DNA from: Chloroflexota bacterium
GTDB taxonomy: Bacteria; Chloroflexota; JAJPGV01
Direction: 5' to 3'
DNA length: 64,000 nucleotides
Assembly (NCBI GenBank): GCA_021325635.1
Contig: JAJPGV010000018.1
Location: 94,412 to 158,411 of the forward strand
Shown: in pieces, positions 55,257-64,000 of the stretch
Layout of the letters: each line of letters starts with the position of its first letter
Position numbering within the stretch: the first letter of the stretch is position 1
The notes under the pieces: generated by a model
What the model saw: only the letters and a program-made list of their open reading frames with translations
What the model was told of the DNA's origin: nothing
Databases searched by the model: none
Position numbers and translations under genes: made by a program

Positions 55257-58160
55257 TTACGCTGCCGCCATCTCGAATAGCCGTCGCGGCTGACGCCGCA
55301 CCCAGCGCTCGAGATCGCCGATCGCCATCGGCCGGCTGATGTGATAGCCCTGGGCGCTGTCACAGCCCAGGCGCCGCAGCAGATCGAGCGTCTCTTCGTC
55401 CTCCACGCCTTCGGCAATGACATATGCCCCCAACGCATGGCCAAGGTCGATGGTCGCCTGCACGATGGCCCGGTCCTTGGCGCTGCTCGCCATTCTCTGC
55501 ACGAAGCTGCGGTCGATTTTCAGCTCGTCCACAGCCAGCTGCCGAAGGTAGCTGAGCGACGAGTAGCCGGTTCCGAAATCGTCGATGGAGATGCGGGCGC
55601 CCAGCGTGCGCAGCCCGGCCAGTGTCGCCTGGGCTATCGCCGGGTTGCTCATCATAGCGCTTTCGGTGATCTCCACCACCAGCTGGCCTTTGGCCGGCTT
55701 CCAGCGCTCCATGAGCTGCCCCATGTAGCTGGTCAGGAGCGGATCGTGCAGATCCAGCATGGAGAGATTGACTGCCACCGGCAGCTCCACGCCGCGCACG
55801 CTGAGCGTCTCTCGATGGCGGAAGGCCGCATCCAGCACCCAGCGGCTCAGCTGCCGGATCGAGCCGGTTTGCTCGGCCAGCGGAATGAACTGATCGGGAG
55901 GGACGATGCCCAGCTCAGGGTGGCGCCAGCGGACCAGCGCTTCCATGCCATCGGGCTGGCCCGACGCCAGGTCCAGCCGGGGTTGGAATTCGAGCATCAG
56001 CTGATCCAGGGCGACCGCCTGGCCGAGGTCGGACGCCAGCATCAGGCGTCCCGCGGTTTCGGAATCCATTTTGGGGTCGTAGCGCACGTAGCCTTCGTGG
56101 GCCTGCTTGGCGGCATACATCGCCACGTCCGCGTGTCGCAGCAGCGTCTCGGCGTCGCCGCCATGTTCCGGGCACAGGGCGATGCCGATGCTGCCGTCGA
56201 TCCGGATTGGACGGTCCTGCAGCACGATTGGCGCGCTCAGGACCTCGAGCACTTTGGCCGCCACGATCGCGGCCCCCTCCGAGCGTTGGACCGGTGTCAA
56301 CAGGATGGCGAACTCATCTCCCCCCAGCCGGGCAACCGTATCGGATTTGCGCAGGACCGACTGCAGCCGCCGGCCAATCTCCTGGAGCAGGCGGTCGCCC
56401 GCCGCGTGGCCGAGCGTGTCGTTGACTTCCTTGAATCTGTCGAGATCGAGCAGCAGCAGCGCCGTGCGGCGATCCCCGCGCTGGGCGGACAGAATGGCCT
56501 GGCTGAGACGGTCCTGGAGGAGGCGTCTGTTCGGAAGTCCGGTCAGGCTGTCGTATAACGCCTGCTCCGCCAGGGTGGCCTGGGCATGGGCGTTTTCCAG
56601 CATGACCGCCGCGTAGCTGGCCAGCGCTTCGGCCAGCCTGATTTGCGACGGTGTTGGGGAGACGTCCTCCTGCCAGCCGATTCTGATGGCCCCCAACGGC
56701 TCCGAGCTGCCGATCATTGGGGTGGCCAGCACCGTTCCCTTCGTTTGGTTGATAGACCTTCGGCCCTCGAAGGCATTCCTGTCCAGCCGCTCGATGAGCA
56801 CAGTACGCCGCTCCGCGACTGCTTTGGAAGTGGCTCCGATCCCACTGCCTGGGGCCTTGGGCAGCCACTTGGCTGCGCGACCGCTGCGGGATTCGTACCA
56901 CCAGATGCCGCGATCCTCTCGAATCAGCCGGATCCCGAAATACTGGGCTTTGAGGAGCTGCGAGCCCCGTTCGCAGATCAAGCTGATGGCGCGGTTGAGG
57001 TCGTTGCCGGCGGCGCAATCGCGGACCAGATTGGCCAGCGCTTCTGCCTCGGCCCGTTTCGCTTCGGATTCCACGCGGGATTGGGCATTGTCCAGCACCG
57101 CTGCTCCGTAGGCCGCTAGGGCTTCGGCCAGCCTGACCTGGGCTTGGCTGGGAATGACTTCCGTGCGCCACCCCAGCACGAGGGCTCCCAGGACACGGCC
57201 GAGGAAGGTGAGCGGCGTGGCCAGCTCTACCAGTCCGCCCTCGTTCGCCCTCACCGAGGTCGGATCGATGGCGAGCCCTTGGTCTATAGCGTCCTGGGTG
57301 CGTGTGATGAACGTGCGTCCGGTCTGCACGGCTTTGGTGGCGCTTCCCAGGTGGCGTGCCCGCCGAGGCCTGGTCCAGGCATCGGAACGGTTGCCCCACA
57401 TGCCGCGCCAGACCACGTTGCCTGCTTCGTCGACGATGCGCACGCCGGCGTAATCCGCGCCGACGTGCTTGGTCGCTCGCTCGCAGATGAGATTGATGAT
57501 CTTGTCAGGACAGGGTGAGGCCGCACCCTCGCGCACGAGCTCAGCCATCGCTTCGGCTTGCACGCGCCGCTGCTCTGAGTCGGCCTGCAGTCTCGATGCT
57601 TCCAGCAAGGGCGCGACCTGGGCAGCGAGCAGCTCCAGGAGACGCACGTGCTGTGGCTTGAACGCTCGATGGCTGAAGCTCAGCGCTACCAGCGCTCCGA
57701 GGGGCCGGTCGCACATGCGGGGGGGGACTGCCAGCGCGCTTTGCAGGCCCTGCAAATGAGCGCGGCGCCGCGCGCCTGGCCAGTTGGGATAGTCCGGCAC
57801 GACGACCGGGCGGCCGGTCTCATAGGCCTGGCCCACCAGGCCTGCGCCCGGTTGGACCTGCAGATCGGCTTCGGCTCGCTTGGGGCCGCTCTCGGCCAGG
57901 AGCCTCAGCACGCCTGCTTCCGGGTCTGCCTGATACAGCGCCACGTTGTCGATGGCGAGGAGGTCATGAGCGCTATCCACGACCAGCTGGCCCAGCGCAA
58001 CGGGCTCGAGGATTTCGCCCGCGGCGCTGGCGAAGTTGTGCAGAGCGCTGAGCGCTCGAGCCGGATTTCGCCGCCGCGACTGGGCTTCGCCGGCGGTCTC
58101 GGCCGCGCCGCGCGTTTGAACAACCACCTCAGTACGGCTGCTCGGTTTGTGCTCCATCAT
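55257..58160 (-). CDS. Triple-GAF GGDEF-EAL c-di-GMP enzyme
   Basis: DSLTGLPNRR, DLDRFKEVND, ARLGGDEF, EALVRW, DDFGTGYSSL, AEGVE. Confidence 0.95.
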   Translation of the reverse strand: MMEHKPSSRTEVVVQTRGAAETAGEAQSRRRNPARALSALHNFASAAGEILEPVALGQLVVDSAHDLLAIDNVALYQADPEAGVLRLLAESGPKRAEADLQVQPGAGLVGQAYETGRPVVVPDYPNWPGARRRAHLQGLQSALAVPPRMCDRPLGALVALSFSHRAFKPQHVRLLELLAAQVAPLLEASRLQADSEQRRVQAEAMAELVREGAASPCPDKIINLICERATKHVGADYAGVRIVDEAGNVVWRGMWGNRSDAWTRPRRARHLGSATKAVQTGRTFITRTQDAIDQGLAIDPTSVRANEGGLVELATPLTFLGRVLGALVLGWRTEVIPSQAQVRLAEALAAYGAAVLDNAQSRVESEAKRAEAEALANLVRDCAAGNDLNRAISLICERGSQLLKAQYFGIRLIREDRGIWWYESRSGRAAKWLPKAPGSGIGATSKAVAERRTVLIERLDRNAFEGRRSINQTKGTVLATPMIGSSEPLGAIRIGWQEDVSPTPSQIRLAEALASYAAVMLENAHAQATLAEQALYDSLTGLPNRRLLQDRLSQAILSAQRGDRRTALLLLDLDRFKEVNDTLGHAAGDRLLQEIGRRLQSVLRKSDTVARLGGDEFAILLTPVQRSEGAAIVAAKVLEVLSAPIVLQDRPIRIDGSIGIALCPEHGGDAETLLRHADVAMYAAKQAHEGYVRYDPKMDSETAGRLMLASDLGQAVALDQLMLEFQPRLDLASGQPDGMEALVRWRHPELGIVPPDQFIPLAEQTGSIRQLSRWVLDAAFRHRETLSVRGVELPVAVNLSMLDLHDPLLTSYMGQLMERWKPAKGQLVVEITESAMMSNPAIAQATLAGLRTLGARISIDDFGTGYSSLSYLRQLAVDELKIDRSFVQRMASSAKDRAIVQATIDLGHALGAYVIAEGVEDEETLDLLRRLGCDSAQGYHISRPMAIGDLERWVRRQPRRLFEMAAA

Positions 58161-58454
58161 CGTTCCCTCCCCGACAGGCTGGGCAGTGGCTGGTATGGAT
58201 TCGGATTGCCTAGCCCTATCGCTCTATCCCAAGCTATCCCTGGCGGCCGCACAAGGGTGTGTCAGGTTCGTTGCAAGATCGCACAGCCTGGCCGTCCTCC
58301 GTTCGGGGCGGTGATAGCGTTTGGCGAGGAGGCGAGTCCTTATAATGCGGCTGACCGGTAGTCGTTCCGCTCGTGGGGCGGCGCCGAGCTACGACTGTCC
58401 GCCGAACTGAGCCTATGGCCCCGCTCGACAGGATGCCGAACGGGAGGAGCACGC

Positions 58455-59564
58455 ATGAAACGCATAGACGCCGACAGCCACTTCCTGCCGCCCTGTGAGC
58501 TGGACGGCCTGGACGACGTCCTGCCGGGCTTTAGTCCCGAGGCGCTCCGAATCATCGAGCGTGACGCCCAGGTGCTGGCCGATCCCGACGCTCGGCGCGG
58601 CGGCTTTCGAGCGACGGCCGCCGGTAAGGAAGCGAGCAGGATTCAGCCGCGCAAGGGGGCGATCGGTCTCGCCGATCCGGCCGAGCGCGTAGAGCTGCTG
58701 CCGCAGACCGGTTTCGACATGCAGGTGCTCATCCCGCACGGCATCTACGCCAATCCGTTTGGTTCCCCCCTGGGCCCCGATATGGAGCCCGGCCTGCGCA
58801 TGGCGCTCTGCCGAGCCTATAACCTGGCGGCCGCCGACGCCCAGAAGCGCTTCCCCGATCGGCTCATCGGCACGGCCATCGTGCCCTTTGGGGACGTGGA
58901 GGAATCCTGCCGCGAAGCAGCGTACGCCGTGTGCGAGCTGGGCCTGCGCGCGGTGACCATCAACGGCAACTGGGTTGGACGCAACTACGACAGCGTGGAG
59001 CTGTTCCCTTTCTGGAAGAAGATGAACGAGCTCGAGGCGGTGCTGTACGTGCACCACAACCCGTTTCCATGCCAGGTGAGCGAGCACCTGGTGCGCACCT
59101 ACACGCTCGGCTGGGAGCGCATGCGCCGGCTGCACGTCAGCAATTACCTGGGCTTTGCCTTCGAGTACATGATGGGCATGGCCAGCCTCACGTTGGGCGG
59201 GGTGCTGGAACAGTTCCCCAAGCTCAAGTTCTGCTTCTTCGAGGCGGGCGGGTCCTTCCTGCCATACACCATGTACACGCTCGATCGCGTCTACAGAGTG
59301 GAGCCGCAGTGCGCCCGCTGCTCGCGTCCGCCCAGCGAGATGATCCGCGAAGCCTGCTTCGTGGCCGTGGAGCCGGACGAGTTCTGCCTGCCGCAGAGCG
59401 TGGCCGCCATTGGCAGCGAGAATTTCATCATCGGCAGCGACTATCCCCACGCTCCATCGACGTTCCCCAATACCGCGGCTGGTATCGAGCGCATGGATGG
59501 CCTGTCAGACCGGGACAAGGAGAACATTCTGGGCGGAAACATGCAGCGCCTGTTCCGCCTCTAG
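58455..59564 (+). CDS. Amidohydrolase_2 family protein
   Basis: IDADSH, RAYN, FPKLKFCFFEAG, GSDYPH; RBS GGAGG. Confidence 0.88.
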   Translation: MKRIDADSHFLPPCELDGLDDVLPGFSPEALRIIERDAQVLADPDARRGGFRATAAGKEASRIQPRKGAIGLADPAERVELLPQTGFDMQVLIPHGIYANPFGSPLGPDMEPGLRMALCRAYNLAAADAQKRFPDRLIGTAIVPFGDVEESCREAAYAVCELGLRAVTINGNWVGRNYDSVELFPFWKKMNELEAVLYVHHNPFPCQVSEHLVRTYTLGWERMRRLHVSNYLGFAFEYMMGMASLTLGGVLEQFPKLKFCFFEAGGSFLPYTMYTLDRVYRVEPQCARCSRPPSEMIREACFVAVEPDEFCLPQSVAAIGSENFIIGSDYPHAPSTFPNTAAGIERMDGLSDRDKENILGGNMQRLFRL

Positions 59565-59595
59565 CCGGGAAAAGAAACAGCAGGGAGAAAGCAAT

Positions 59596-60390
59596 TTGGC
59601 AAAGCTGACGGTCGCTGCGCTGCAGCAGATGAAGCGCGACGGCAAGAAGATCGCGGCGATGGTGGCCTACGAGTACAACATGGCCAAGATCCTGGATAAG
59701 GCAGGCGCGGACCTCATCTCGGTTGGCGACAGCGTGGGCATGCGCTTCCTCGGGCAGGTGACGCATTACGAGACCACCATGGAGCAGATGATCCAGTGCT
59801 GCTACGCGGTGACGCAGGCGGTCGAGCACGCGGTGGTGAACTGCGACCTGCCCTTCGGTCCGATACAGGAAGGGCCGGATTCCGCCGTCCGCGCGGCTAT
59901 ACGGCTGGTGAAAGAGGGCCGGGCTGAGATGGTCAAGGTCGACGGCGCGGCCGAGAACCCGGAGGCGGTGCGAGCCATCGCCCGCGCCGGCATCCCGGTG
60001 TGGGCCCAGTTCGGCTTCACGCCGCAGACGACGCAGCAGTTCGGCGGCTTCGAGAGCATCACCGACGACATCCGCGCCAAGATGAAGGACACCCTGGTCA
60101 GCCAGGCCAAGATGCTGGAAGAGGCCGGTGCCTCGATGTTCGACTGCACCAACGTGGGCAATGAGATCGTGGGCGCGATCGCCAAGGCCGTGAGCATCCC
60201 GGTGCTGGGCGGTTTCAACACCGGTCCGGCGGCCGATGGCCGTGTCACCGTAAGCTACGGCTATGTGGGCTATGACGGCAACCGCATCGACGCCGAGCCC
60301 CGGCGAGGGGGCATCAACGTGGCCAAGACGATCTCCGACGCGGTGTCGGGCTACTTCGCCAGCGTACGCGACGGGACGGCCGCGCCATAG
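59596..60390 (+). CDS. PanB-like (ketopantoate hydroxymethyltransferase fold) protein, divergent
   Basis: LQQMKRDGKKI, VGDS.GM, DLPFG, AIRLVKEG.A, GFTPQ; TTG start. Confidence 0.8.
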   Translation: MAKLTVAALQQMKRDGKKIAAMVAYEYNMAKILDKAGADLISVGDSVGMRFLGQVTHYETTMEQMIQCCYAVTQAVEHAVVNCDLPFGPIQEGPDSAVRAAIRLVKEGRAEMVKVDGAAENPEAVRAIARAGIPVWAQFGFTPQTTQQFGGFESITDDIRAKMKDTLVSQAKMLEEAGASMFDCTNVGNEIVGAIAKAVSIPVLGGFNTGPAADGRVTVSYGYVGYDGNRIDAEPRRGGINVAKTISDAVSGYFASVRDGTAAP

Positions 60391-60432
60391 CGAACAGCGG
60401 GAAATCTCTGGACTGCTTGGAGGGAATGCGAA

Positions 60433-61329
60433 ATGGCTGAAATCGTAGGCTGCCTGGCGATGTCGCATGCGCCACAGCTGATGCTCGACCCGGATCAATG
60501 GCATCTGCTCAACACCCGCGACTGGGACCCGCTGCCGGAGCGGCCGGAGCTCAAGCTCGAGACGAATGAGGATCGCTGGCGTAAGTGGCAGAAGTGCCAG
60601 GACGCCATCGCTCAGCTGCGGGACAAGCTGGCCGAGCTGAATCCCGACACGGTCGTGCTCGTGGGCGACGATCAGCACGAGAATTTCCGCGAGCAGGGCA
60701 TGCCGCCCTTCACCGTCTTCATGGGTGAGGAAGCCGAGGCCAGCATCAGTCTGCGTTACCTCGACGAGAAGCTCAGCGACAACCGCACCTGCTATCGCGT
60801 GGACTCCTCGCTCGCGCGCTGGCTGGTGGACCAGCTCATGGAGGAGGGCTTCGACCCGGCCTATTCGCTGAAGACCAGCTACGAGGGCGGGCTGGGCCAT
60901 GCCTTCGCCCGCGTGCTCAAGTTCCTCACGCCGGACGCGTCCCGGGCCGTGGTGCCGGTGCTGGTCAATACCTACTATCCGCCGGCTCCGTCGCCGCGCC
61001 GCTGCGTGCAGTTCGGCCACGCGCTGCGCAAGGTCATCGCCCAGTTCCCCGAATCGCGCCGCGTGCTGGCGGTAGCCTCCGGCGGGCTTACTCATACGAA
61101 GATCGTGGAGTCCCTGGACCACGAGTTCATCAAGGCGATCGAGGACAACGACCTGACGTATATGGAGCGCATGGCGCCCGACGACCTCACCGGCGGCAGC
61201 TCGGAAATCAGGAACTGGTCCGTCATCGCGGCTATGGCCGGCAAGGCGGGTCGGGTGATCGAGTACCAGCCGCTGTACCGCACCACCAACGGCGTCGGCT
61301 GCGCCATGGGCTTCGCCCACTGGCTGTAG
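60433..61329 (+). CDS. LigB-like class III extradiol ring-cleavage dioxygenase subunit
   Basis: AMSHAP, VGDDQHENF, GHAF, ASGGLTH, GSSEIRNW. Confidence 0.87.
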   Translation: MAEIVGCLAMSHAPQLMLDPDQWHLLNTRDWDPLPERPELKLETNEDRWRKWQKCQDAIAQLRDKLAELNPDTVVLVGDDQHENFREQGMPPFTVFMGEEAEASISLRYLDEKLSDNRTCYRVDSSLARWLVDQLMEEGFDPAYSLKTSYEGGLGHAFARVLKFLTPDASRAVVPVLVNTYYPPAPSPRRCVQFGHALRKVIAQFPESRRVLAVASGGLTHTKIVESLDHEFIKAIEDNDLTYMERMAPDDLTGGSSEIRNWSVIAAMAGKAGRVIEYQPLYRTTNGVGCAMGFAHWL

Positions 61330-61336
61330 GTGTCCC

Positions 61337-61609
61337 CGCCGGCCGGCTCGTCCGCGAGGGTGCAGCGCGGGCCTTGCGCCCCGCCGTGGTTGCGGGGACA
61401 AATGGGCTGGATGGCGAACGATGACGGGCGGGGGACAAGCCCCCGTGCTACATGGTTCGGAATGGCCCGCCGGCCGGCTCGTCTGCGAGGGTGTAGCGCG
61501 GGGCCTTGCGCCCCGCTCTGGTTGCGCGGACAAATGGGCTGGATGGCAAACGATGATGGGCGGGGGACAAGCCCCCGTGCTACATGGTTCGGAATGGCCG
61601 CCGGCCGGC
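61337..61609. repeat. Tandem 131-bp repeat x2 built of inverted GTAG-type REP pairs (BIME-like)
   Basis: Units start at 61337, 61468 and (partial) 61599; REP GTAGCACGGGGGCTTGTCCCCCGC on minus (61428-61451) and GTAGCGCGGGGCCTTGCGCCCCGC on plus (61493-61516). Confidence 0.85.
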
Positions 61610-61657
61610 GCGCGACGAACGACGCCGCGAAACAGCTGAATAACGAGGAGCGTGCAA

Positions 61658-62770
61658 ATGGCTGATAAGGTGCTGGCCGCCGTCAAGATTGGGCCGAAGC
61701 AGACGGAGCTCAGGGAGCTCGAGCTGCCGGACATCCCTCCCGAAGCCGGCTTGCTGAAGGTCGAGGCCGCCGGCATCTGCGGCAGCGACGTGATGAGCTA
61801 TCCCAGGGAGGACCGCGGCCACCTGATCATGGGGCACGAGAACGTTGGTGTCATCGCCAAGGTGGGCCGTGTGGCCGCCGAGCGCTGGGGCGTGCGTGAA
61901 GGCGACCGGGTGGCGATCGAGGAGTACCTGCCGTGCTGGCACTGCGAGTGGTGCCACGTTGGCGAGTACCGGCTGTGCAAGACGGCCGACCACTTCTTCG
62001 ATCCCAATAACCTGCGCTTCGGCTCGACGCCGCTGCAGCGGGATCCCGGGCTGTGGGGCGGCTTCAGCCAGTACCTCTACCTGCCGCCGCAAACGGTCAT
62101 GCATCGCGTGCCCTCTGGTCCGCCATTGGAGCAGCTGGCGATGGCGCTGCCGATGGGCAACGGCGTGCAGTGGGCCTGCGTCGAAGGGGAGGCCGGCCCC
62201 GGCAAGACCGTCGTCATCATGGGCCCGGGCCAGCAGGGGCTGGCCTGCGTCGTGGCCGCCCGGGCCTCCGGCGCCCACAAGGTGATCGTCACCGGCACCG
62301 GCCGCGACGGCTACCGCCTGGACATTGCCCGCCAGCTGGGCGCCGACGCCACGATCGACATTCAAGCCGAAGACCTGCGCCAGCGGATCGCCGACCTCAC
62401 CGATGGCCGCGGGGTCGATTCCGTGGTCGATACCACCAATGCGCGCGGGACGCAGGTGATCGTCGACGCCATCGACATCCTCAAGCACAAGGGCGGCGTC
62501 ATGGTGGCGCAGGGCACACCGACGGTGCCCGATTTTCCGCTGGGCAAGCTGACCCGCAAGTACATCACGCTTAAGAGCGCGCGCGGCCACAGCTACCAGT
62601 CGGTGGAGATCGGGCTGTCCTATATCGCTTCCGGCCGCTACCCCCTGCACCTGATCACCACCGACAAGTTCGGGCTGGATAGGGTGGATACGGCCATCCG
62701 GTCCACCGGCGGAGAGGTGAGCTCCACGTCTATCCACGTCACGGTTGACCCGTGGCTGGCGATTGCTTGA
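61658..62770 (+). CDS. Zinc-dependent medium-chain alcohol dehydrogenase
   Basis: GICGSD, GHE, CWHCEWC..G...LC, GPGQQG. Confidence 0.92.
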   Translation: MADKVLAAVKIGPKQTELRELELPDIPPEAGLLKVEAAGICGSDVMSYPREDRGHLIMGHENVGVIAKVGRVAAERWGVREGDRVAIEEYLPCWHCEWCHVGEYRLCKTADHFFDPNNLRFGSTPLQRDPGLWGGFSQYLYLPPQTVMHRVPSGPPLEQLAMALPMGNGVQWACVEGEAGPGKTVVIMGPGQQGLACVVAARASGAHKVIVTGTGRDGYRLDIARQLGADATIDIQAEDLRQRIADLTDGRGVDSVVDTTNARGTQVIVDAIDILKHKGGVMVAQGTPTVPDFPLGKLTRKYITLKSARGHSYQSVEIGLSYIASGRYPLHLITTDKFGLDRVDTAIRSTGGEVSSTSIHVTVDPWLAIA

Positions 62771-62834
62771 TAATGCGGCGCGAATAGCGACCGCCTGCGC
62801 AGGTTGCGGCGGTTAGCGCCCTAAGGAGGTTTCC

Positions 62835-64000
62835 ATGGAGCTCGACCCGGAACAGGAGCGACCGTTCATGCAGCTGTCTCGCCGAAAGGTGCTGCGGGCC
62901 GCCGGCCTCGCCGGCCTGGCACTACCCGTGCTGGCCGCCTGCGCTGGTACTCAGCCCGCCGCCAGCCCTTCGACGCAGCCGACCACGCCATCCGGCGCGG
63001 CCTTGGCCAGTTCCTCCGGCGCCGCCTCGGCCCCGGCGTCGGCCAAGCCGGCCGCCGCCAGCGGGTCGGTCGCAGCCAAGCCCAGCGCATCCGCCCCCGG
63101 CGCCTCGGCGACCGCTGCCGGCAGCTTCCCGGTGGTCAAGCCGGAGTTCAGCCTGAAGGAGCGCGACCGGCGCTGGGCAGCGGTGCGCGCGGTCATGGGC
63201 CGGGCGCCCTGGAACCTGGACGCCATCCTCGTGCCTGGCATGAGCGACCAGGCCTACACTCGCTATCTCAGCCAGGTCACCAGCGCGGACATGATCTTCC
63301 CGCGCGACGGCTCGAAGAAGGCGCTGGTGCTGACCGGAGGCGGCCGCAACATGCAGTTCTGGCAGGCTCCGCTCAAGGATTGGCTGGCTGATGGCAAGAT
63401 GACCCTGGGCGATAAGACCGGTTCCCGCGGGGCCATCGACGGTCTGAAAAGCCTGGGTTTGGACGCGGCGGGCACCAGGATTGGTGTGGCCAAGCTGAGC
63501 GGCAGCCGGTTCGATCCGGAGGGCCTGGTGTCGGCCACCTACCTTGACGCCGTGAAGAAGGCCCTGCCGGGCGTGGCCTTTGTGGGCATCGAGCAATGGG
63601 GCGCGGACCCTGGTCCGGTGGACGCCGCGGCCATGGTCAAGAGCGACGAGGAGCAGGCGGCGGTGAAACGCGCCATAGCTGCCGGGGAGAAGACGCTGCA
63701 GGCGCTGGCCCAGGCGGCGTCATCGGCCAAGACCCAGGCCGAGCTGTGGTTCGCCACCTTCTCGACCATGTTCCAGGCGACCGGGGAAGAGCCCACGCGC
63801 GTCTCACTCGGACTGGACGTTCCTGCCAACTTCACGCTGGGCGTACCTACGGCCGATGCCGTGAAGGAGGGCCAGATCGTCAGCCAGGAGCTGGACAACA
63901 CCGTGCAGGGCTATCGCGCCCAGGTGAACCACTCGATCTTCATCGGCGGCGCCGGAACGCCGGGCTACGACTACTACGCCGCCGCGATGAAGGCCGCCGT
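62835..64000 (+). CDS. Tat-exported lipoprotein with M24/creatinase-like fold (3' truncated)
   Basis: RBS AAGGAGG; SRRKVL twin-arginine, LAAC lipobox, Ala/Ser/Pro linker, FSLKERDRRW, MVKSDEE, GYRAQ. Confidence 0.75.
   Translation, partial: MELDPEQERPFMQLSRRKVLRAAGLAGLALPVLAACAGTQPAASPSTQPTTPSGAALASSSGAASAPASAKPAAASGSVAAKPSASAPGASATAAGSFPVVKPEFSLKERDRRWAAVRAVMGRAPWNLDAILVPGMSDQAYTRYLSQVTSADMIFPRDGSKKALVLTGGGRNMQFWQAPLKDWLADGKMTLGDKTGSRGAIDGLKSLGLDAAGTRIGVAKLSGSRFDPEGLVSATYLDAVKKALPGVAFVGIEQWGADPGPVDAAAMVKSDEEQAAVKRAIAAGEKTLQALAQAASSAKTQAELWFATFSTMFQATGEEPTRVSLGLDVPANFTLGVPTADAVKEGQIVSQELDNTVQGYRAQVNHSIFIGGAGTPGYDYYAAAMKAA

Noticed and set aside
61337..61609. Possible CRISPR array
   Set aside because: Units are near-identical over their whole length, with no unique spacers and no cas genes; it is a REP doublet repeat.

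Overview
High-GC bacterial chromosomal window. A Chloroflexota origin is likely, inferred from a Chloroflexi-type secreted domain at 5591, GTAG-type REP repeats and Ala/Ser/Pro-linker lipoproteins. In order it holds: glyoxylate shunt (aceA end, aceB); M1 aminopeptidase; Rieske dioxygenase alpha/beta; a MarR-YceI-pirin divergon; an arsenic cluster (aquaglyceroporin, arsC, arsR, arsM) interrupted by a complete 2674-bp IS1595-family cargo element inserted in the arsM operator/promoter; a ferredoxin-GltD-PyrK (Nfn-like) fusion; a nitrate assimilation operon with a GlnR-like regulator; metal-efflux and ABC transport genes; five atypical tRNAs; thrB, manC/manB fusion, split nadE and GAF-GGDEF-EAL genes; and a catabolic-looking cluster at the right end. 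The strongest novel candidate is at 47338-47947. An unannotated 23-codon leader ORF is packed with exactly the Asp/Ser/Tyr codons read by the five downstream non-canonical tRNAs, and it is coupled to mutually exclusive RNA helices that sequester or release the first tRNA. This looks like a translation-sensing attenuator controlling a backup tRNA operon. All family calls come from motif recognition by eye; no database searches were run.
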